Assembly: GCA_965197475.1 (NCBI GenBank)
Contig: CBDANF010000003.1
Coordinates: 3,552,001 to 3,616,000, forward strand
Source: Candidatus Poribacteria bacterium
Lineage (GTDB): Bacteria > Poribacteria > WGA-4E > WGA-3G
DNA length: 64,000 nucleotides
Direction: 5' to 3'
The notes below the pieces were generated by a model that searched no databases, was not told where the DNA came from, and worked only from the letters and a program-made list of their open reading frames with translations. A program made the position numbers and the translations under genes. Numbering within the stretch: the first letter of the stretch is position 1; the number at the start of each line of letters is the position of its first letter. This document shows, in pieces, positions 60,101 through 64,000 of the stretch.

Positions 60101-61234
60101 ATGGAACTAAACAGAGAAACCATCCCTCAATATCTTCGCGAACGTCAGACTGAGATCGGTTTTTTTGGCCCCGATACGGAGCTGCATTCTGAGGAAATCG
60201 GGGACGGAAATCTAAATTTTGTCTATAGGGTTTCCGACGCAGCACAACCGGAGTCTTCACTCGTGTTGAAACAGGCACCACCCTATATTAAGATTTTGGG
60301 GCCTGACTATCCATTGTCACGCGATCGCTTGACTTACGAATCCCGAGCACTTGAGGTGTACAATAGATTTGCAGGTGAAACAGTCCCGACACAATACTAT
60401 TTTGACAGTGATGCAGCGGTAATTGTGATGGAGGATCTTCGCGGTTATAATTTGCTGCGAGATGATCTTATTGCTGGAAAAGTTAATCAAACTGTTCCTG
60501 AACAAATAGGGAGGTTTATGGGTCGTGTACATAGCCAAACCTATATGAACAATCTTGACAGTGTTTCAGTACATAAGTACCGAGATGATTTTGCCAACAC
60601 CGTCATGCAATCGATCACAGCAGACTACGTTTTCACACTGCCCTTTACCGAGCATGAAACAAATTTCTGGACGGATGGGATGGGTACCGCGGTTGACCAA
60701 CTGAAAACTGACCAACAATTTTTGCAAAAGGCAGATGAACTAAAGAGTATTTTTCTTACAGTACAGCGCGGGTTAACACACGGAGATCTCCATACTGGCA
60801 GTGTAATGGTCAGTGACAAATCTGCCAAGGTAATAGATTCAGAGTTTGCTTTTTACGGTCCTGTAGGATTTGATGTTGGTCTATTTTGGGCAAATTACTT
60901 GTTATCCTACTATTCACATATAGACAACACCAAAGCACAGTCGGAAATAATTACCGCCATTATCCAAACCTGGGAGACCTACACAGAAGAATTTAAGATG
61001 GATCCCTCCCTGAAGTTTCGCACCTTACAAATTATCTTCAACGAATCCGTAGGGTTTACTGGAATGGAGATGTTACGACGTATCGTTGGTGCAGCACACG
61101 TTAAGGATATTGAGAGTATTATAGATGTGCAACGAAAATTGCGAGTTGAAACCGCTATACTCGAATTCGGTAGTTCACTTGTAAAAGAACGACATAACAT
61201 CGCTACTGTTTATGAATTGGTAGAATTATTGTAG
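60101..61234 (+). CDS. mtnK: S-methyl-5-thioribose kinase
   Basis: EIGDGNLNFV, KQA.PY, HGDLHTGS, IDSEFAFYGP, RRIVG.AHV. Confidence 0.93.
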   Translation: MELNRETIPQYLRERQTEIGFFGPDTELHSEEIGDGNLNFVYRVSDAAQPESSLVLKQAPPYIKILGPDYPLSRDRLTYESRALEVYNRFAGETVPTQYYFDSDAAVIVMEDLRGYNLLRDDLIAGKVNQTVPEQIGRFMGRVHSQTYMNNLDSVSVHKYRDDFANTVMQSITADYVFTLPFTEHETNFWTDGMGTAVDQLKTDQQFLQKADELKSIFLTVQRGLTHGDLHTGSVMVSDKSAKVIDSEFAFYGPVGFDVGLFWANYLLSYYSHIDNTKAQSEIITAIIQTWETYTEEFKMDPSLKFRTLQIIFNESVGFTGMEMLRRIVGAAHVKDIESIIDVQRKLRVETAILEFGSSLVKERHNIATVYELVELL

Positions 61235-61295
61235 GATGGCATCCATAGATAGCAAACAAGACCACCCAAAATAATAATCATGCCTTAGGGAGACT

Positions 61296-62159
61296 ATGAG
61301 AGACTACTACGAAATACTCGGCGTTAACAGAAACGCCACTTCAGAAGAAATTAAAAAAGCCTACCGTAAATTGGCAGTCAAATACCATCCGGATAAGAAT
61401 CCTGGGGACAAAGCTGCTGAAGAGAAATTCAAAGAGGCATCCAATGCATATTCGGTGCTATCCGATCCTGAAAAGCGACGTGTCTACGATACGCGTGGAC
61501 ATGCCGGCGTTCACGGTATGGGGTTTGAGGGATACACCAATATGGATGACATCTTCACAAACCTTAATCTGAACGATATTTTTGGGCGTTCGGCTTACGG
61601 TGGATTTGGCGATGCTTTCGGCGATGTGTTTGGACCACAACGGCGGACAACCCGCACGTATCGTGGGCGTGACCTCCGCATTAACCTTGCTATATCCTTT
61701 GCTGATGCGGTGCTTGGGAATCAGAAAGAGGTCAGCGTCCATGGTAAAAATATTACCCTTAAGATTCCCCCTGGTATCAAAGATGGTCAAACACTACGGG
61801 TTCGCGGACATGGGGAATCTATCAGCGCGGGAACATCAGGGGACCTGTTAGTCAAAATCTCAGTTCAACCGCATCCAACCTTGTCACGGGATGGACTTGA
61901 TCTGGTGACGGATGTGAAGGTGCCAATAACAACTGCCGCGTTAGGTGGCACTGTTCGTGTGCAAACCCTAACAGGAAACGTGGAACTCAAAATACCATCA
62001 GGTGCACAACCTGGACAGCAGTTACGGCTTCGTGGGCAGGGGATAATAGACCTATCTGGGCGAAACGGAGATTTACGAGTTCGCCTTGTTGTGGAAATTC
62101 CCAAGTCATTGTCGCGCAAACAGAAGGATTTACTGAAACAACTCGCGAAGACTTTATGA
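61296..62159 (+). CDS. DnaJ-class chaperone lacking the Zn finger (CbpA-like)
   Basis: J-domain HPD, G/F region, C-terminal IPPG...GDL. Confidence 0.93.
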   Translation: MRDYYEILGVNRNATSEEIKKAYRKLAVKYHPDKNPGDKAAEEKFKEASNAYSVLSDPEKRRVYDTRGHAGVHGMGFEGYTNMDDIFTNLNLNDIFGRSAYGGFGDAFGDVFGPQRRTTRTYRGRDLRINLAISFADAVLGNQKEVSVHGKNITLKIPPGIKDGQTLRVRGHGESISAGTSGDLLVKISVQPHPTLSRDGLDLVTDVKVPITTAALGGTVRVQTLTGNVELKIPSGAQPGQQLRLRGQGIIDLSGRNGDLRVRLVVEIPKSLSRKQKDLLKQLAKTL

Positions 62160-62177
62160 CAAAAGAACTTTCTGAAT

Positions 62178-62580
62178 TTGATGAAACCACCAGAGGAGAT
62201 GGATTCTGATCAGTGGTTGCGGGAATGTGTTGAGGTTGCGCAAACTATCCCGATGGACGAGGCAGACAAGCCGGATTATCTTGCCTCTATGGTTATTTTG
62301 TCTGACATGATATTTGATTTTCAAGACATTCGTAATATTTTATTCGGAGGAAACTATGCACGAATCATCTTTTGCTCAATATTTTACAGAGAAAGGTGAA
62401 CGGAAAAATGCTATTGAAGATATACTTGATGTGTTAGATGTCCGTTTTCAACCCAGTAACGTGCAAACGTTGAAACCTATGATTGAAAGCATTGAAGAAT
62501 TACAGCACCTTAAGCAGTTGCATCGCGAGGCAGTTCAAGTGCCAAGTCTTGATGAATTTAGACGCATCTTGACATCATAA
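62178..62580 (+). pseudogene. C-terminal remnant of an Rpn/YhgA-like gene (nuclease domain absent, frameshift near 62340)
   Basis: LMKPP...WLRECV and SEETMHESS.AQYF...IL.VL.VRF...IE.LQ.LKQLHREAV..SL.EF tail typical of Rpn-type proteins. Confidence 0.65.
62356..62580 (+). CDS. 74-aa helical protein from an internal start (RpnS-like antitoxin candidate)
   Basis: GGAGG at 62346-62350, 5 nt before ATG 62356; frame intact to TAA. Confidence 0.55.
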   Translation: MHESSFAQYFTEKGERKNAIEDILDVLDVRFQPSNVQTLKPMIESIEELQHLKQLHREAVQVPSLDEFRRILTS

Positions 62581-62704
62581 GGGAATTGAACCTTATTGGA
62601 AGCAGCATGAATCTTTGTTTTACAAACAACTGGCGATAACATTATGGGTAAGTATTTCTGTACTTCAATTGGTTTTAATATAAGATATAAGAAAGGGGAG
62701 ATAT

Positions 62705-64000
62705 ATGTCAAATGTTAGTGAGATTACGCGGCACTTAATAAGCATTGTTGCGGCTAACGATGAACTGCAAGATGTCTGGCTGCAAGGCAAAATTTCAAAT
62801 GTCAACTGTCCACGAAATGGCAATACCTATTTTACTCTCAAAGACAATTCTAAGAAAATTGAATGTGTCATTTTCGCGAATTGGGAACCTCTCCAAGAGA
62901 ATTTACCTGCAGATGGAAACAAAGTGTCTGTAAAGGGGCAGATTTATGTCTATGGAACTAAAAGTGAATATAGGTTCATGGTCAAAAAAATAAATTTGCC
63001 TGAAGACCCCTTACCAGATCAATCCGTATCAGTTAGTACTCTAACAAATACTTTGGAGGATACCCTATAAGCTCATCCAGGCGAGGTTCAAGGCGAAATT
63101 TCAGACGTTTTTGGAACACGTATGAATTATACAATCTTGAAACTCAAAGATACAACTGCAGATGGAGAATCTGATGACAGAATTGAGTGTGTAATCCCGC
63201 CAGAGATTGATCTTCCGTTTCCCCTTGAAATAGGTGAGCGTGTAAATGTAAAAGGACAATTGGGGATCTTTGAAAGAGCAAGTGCATATCGAATTGAAAT
63301 TGACGATACAAATAATATAACCAAGGTTACAGAACCGCCAACACAAATGCAAACAACGTCAAATGAGTGTCCGAATTGTGGTCAGCGTTGTGAAGATTCA
63401 TATCAGTTGTGCTCTATTTGCCATTATGCTCAAGTAGATCATGAAGGGATTGTCGTTGGCGCAGTCATGCGTTATTTCGATACACCTAAATTCGCAAATT
63501 TTTCTACAAAGCGGGAATATGAAATTCGTTTTGGTGCTGGTGGTAATATAGTAGGACGGGCAGATGTTGTGCTCTTGAATAGTGAAGAAAACCCAGTCGC
63601 TATTACAGAGTGTAAACACATTGGATATGATGGAAACGATGGAATAGTTCAATTGGAGGGTTACATCAGTCCAACCGTTGCCAAATTGGGACTATTCGCC
63701 GATGATACAGATCCTTATGAGTGGACTTTTCTTAAGAAAAATGATGAACATTATCGGTTTGACCCGATTACTCGCTCCCAATTTGAGAGGGAACTCGGTG
63801 TAGATCCAGTACCGGGGATTCCTCCTAATAAAACTCAACTTGAACTCATTCACGGGAATATTATTAAGGCAGAGGTAGACGCTATTGTGACCACAGCAAC
63901 TCCCACACTGGCAAGAGTGACAGTGACCGGGGTAGATCAAAAAATTCGGGATGCGGCAGGTGGAAAAATTGATAGCGAAAGTCAAGAGATTATTCAAAAA
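62705..64000 (+). CDS. Multidomain OB-OB-Zn finger-PD-(D/E)XK nuclease-macrodomain protein; in-frame TAA at 63068; runs off window
   Basis: VWLQGKISN...YFTLKD..IECVIF (XseA-like OB); second OB VQGEIS...LKD...IECV; CPNC..CSIC; REY.I...RADVV...ECK...Q...Y; LELIHGNI..AEVDAIV. Confidence 0.8.

Noticed and set aside
62705-63070. Annotation as xseA (exonuclease VII large subunit)
   Set aside because: Only the OB fold is similar; the downstream frame encodes different domains.

Overview
Bacterial chromosomal window. It most likely comes from Candidatus Poribacteria (inference from repeated V[E/D]PxxKLxxTWxx[I/L]K C-termini plus LamG, cohesin/dockerin, sulfatase, PhyH and CRTAC1 genes). Housekeeping and envelope genes (secA, sppA, MsbA-like exporter, CapD-like, waaA, trxA, folB, moaDE, asd, mtnK, RecQ-like, DnaJ-like, larC) are interleaved with carbohydrate and sulfate catabolism genes and a PaoABC-like molybdoenzyme operon. 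There are three IS elements, several MITE/REP repeats and decaying defence loci. Main leads: (1) a window-truncated OB-OB-Zn finger-PD-(D/E)XK nuclease-macrodomain fusion at 62705-64000, mostly missed by the ORF track; (2) three paralogous secreted proteins carrying cohesin, dockerin and a relic dockerin; (3) a shared C-terminal putative sorting motif; (4) a sigma-70 factor with a duplicated region 1.2-2; (5) an orphan Rpn-type C-terminal antitoxin ORF; (6) an IS1595-derived MITE inside another transposase; (7) MoaD with a masked Gly-Gly; (8) a LamG gene with two in-frame amber codons. No rRNA, tRNA or CRISPR array was recognised. All family assignments come from motif recognition by eye; no searches were run.
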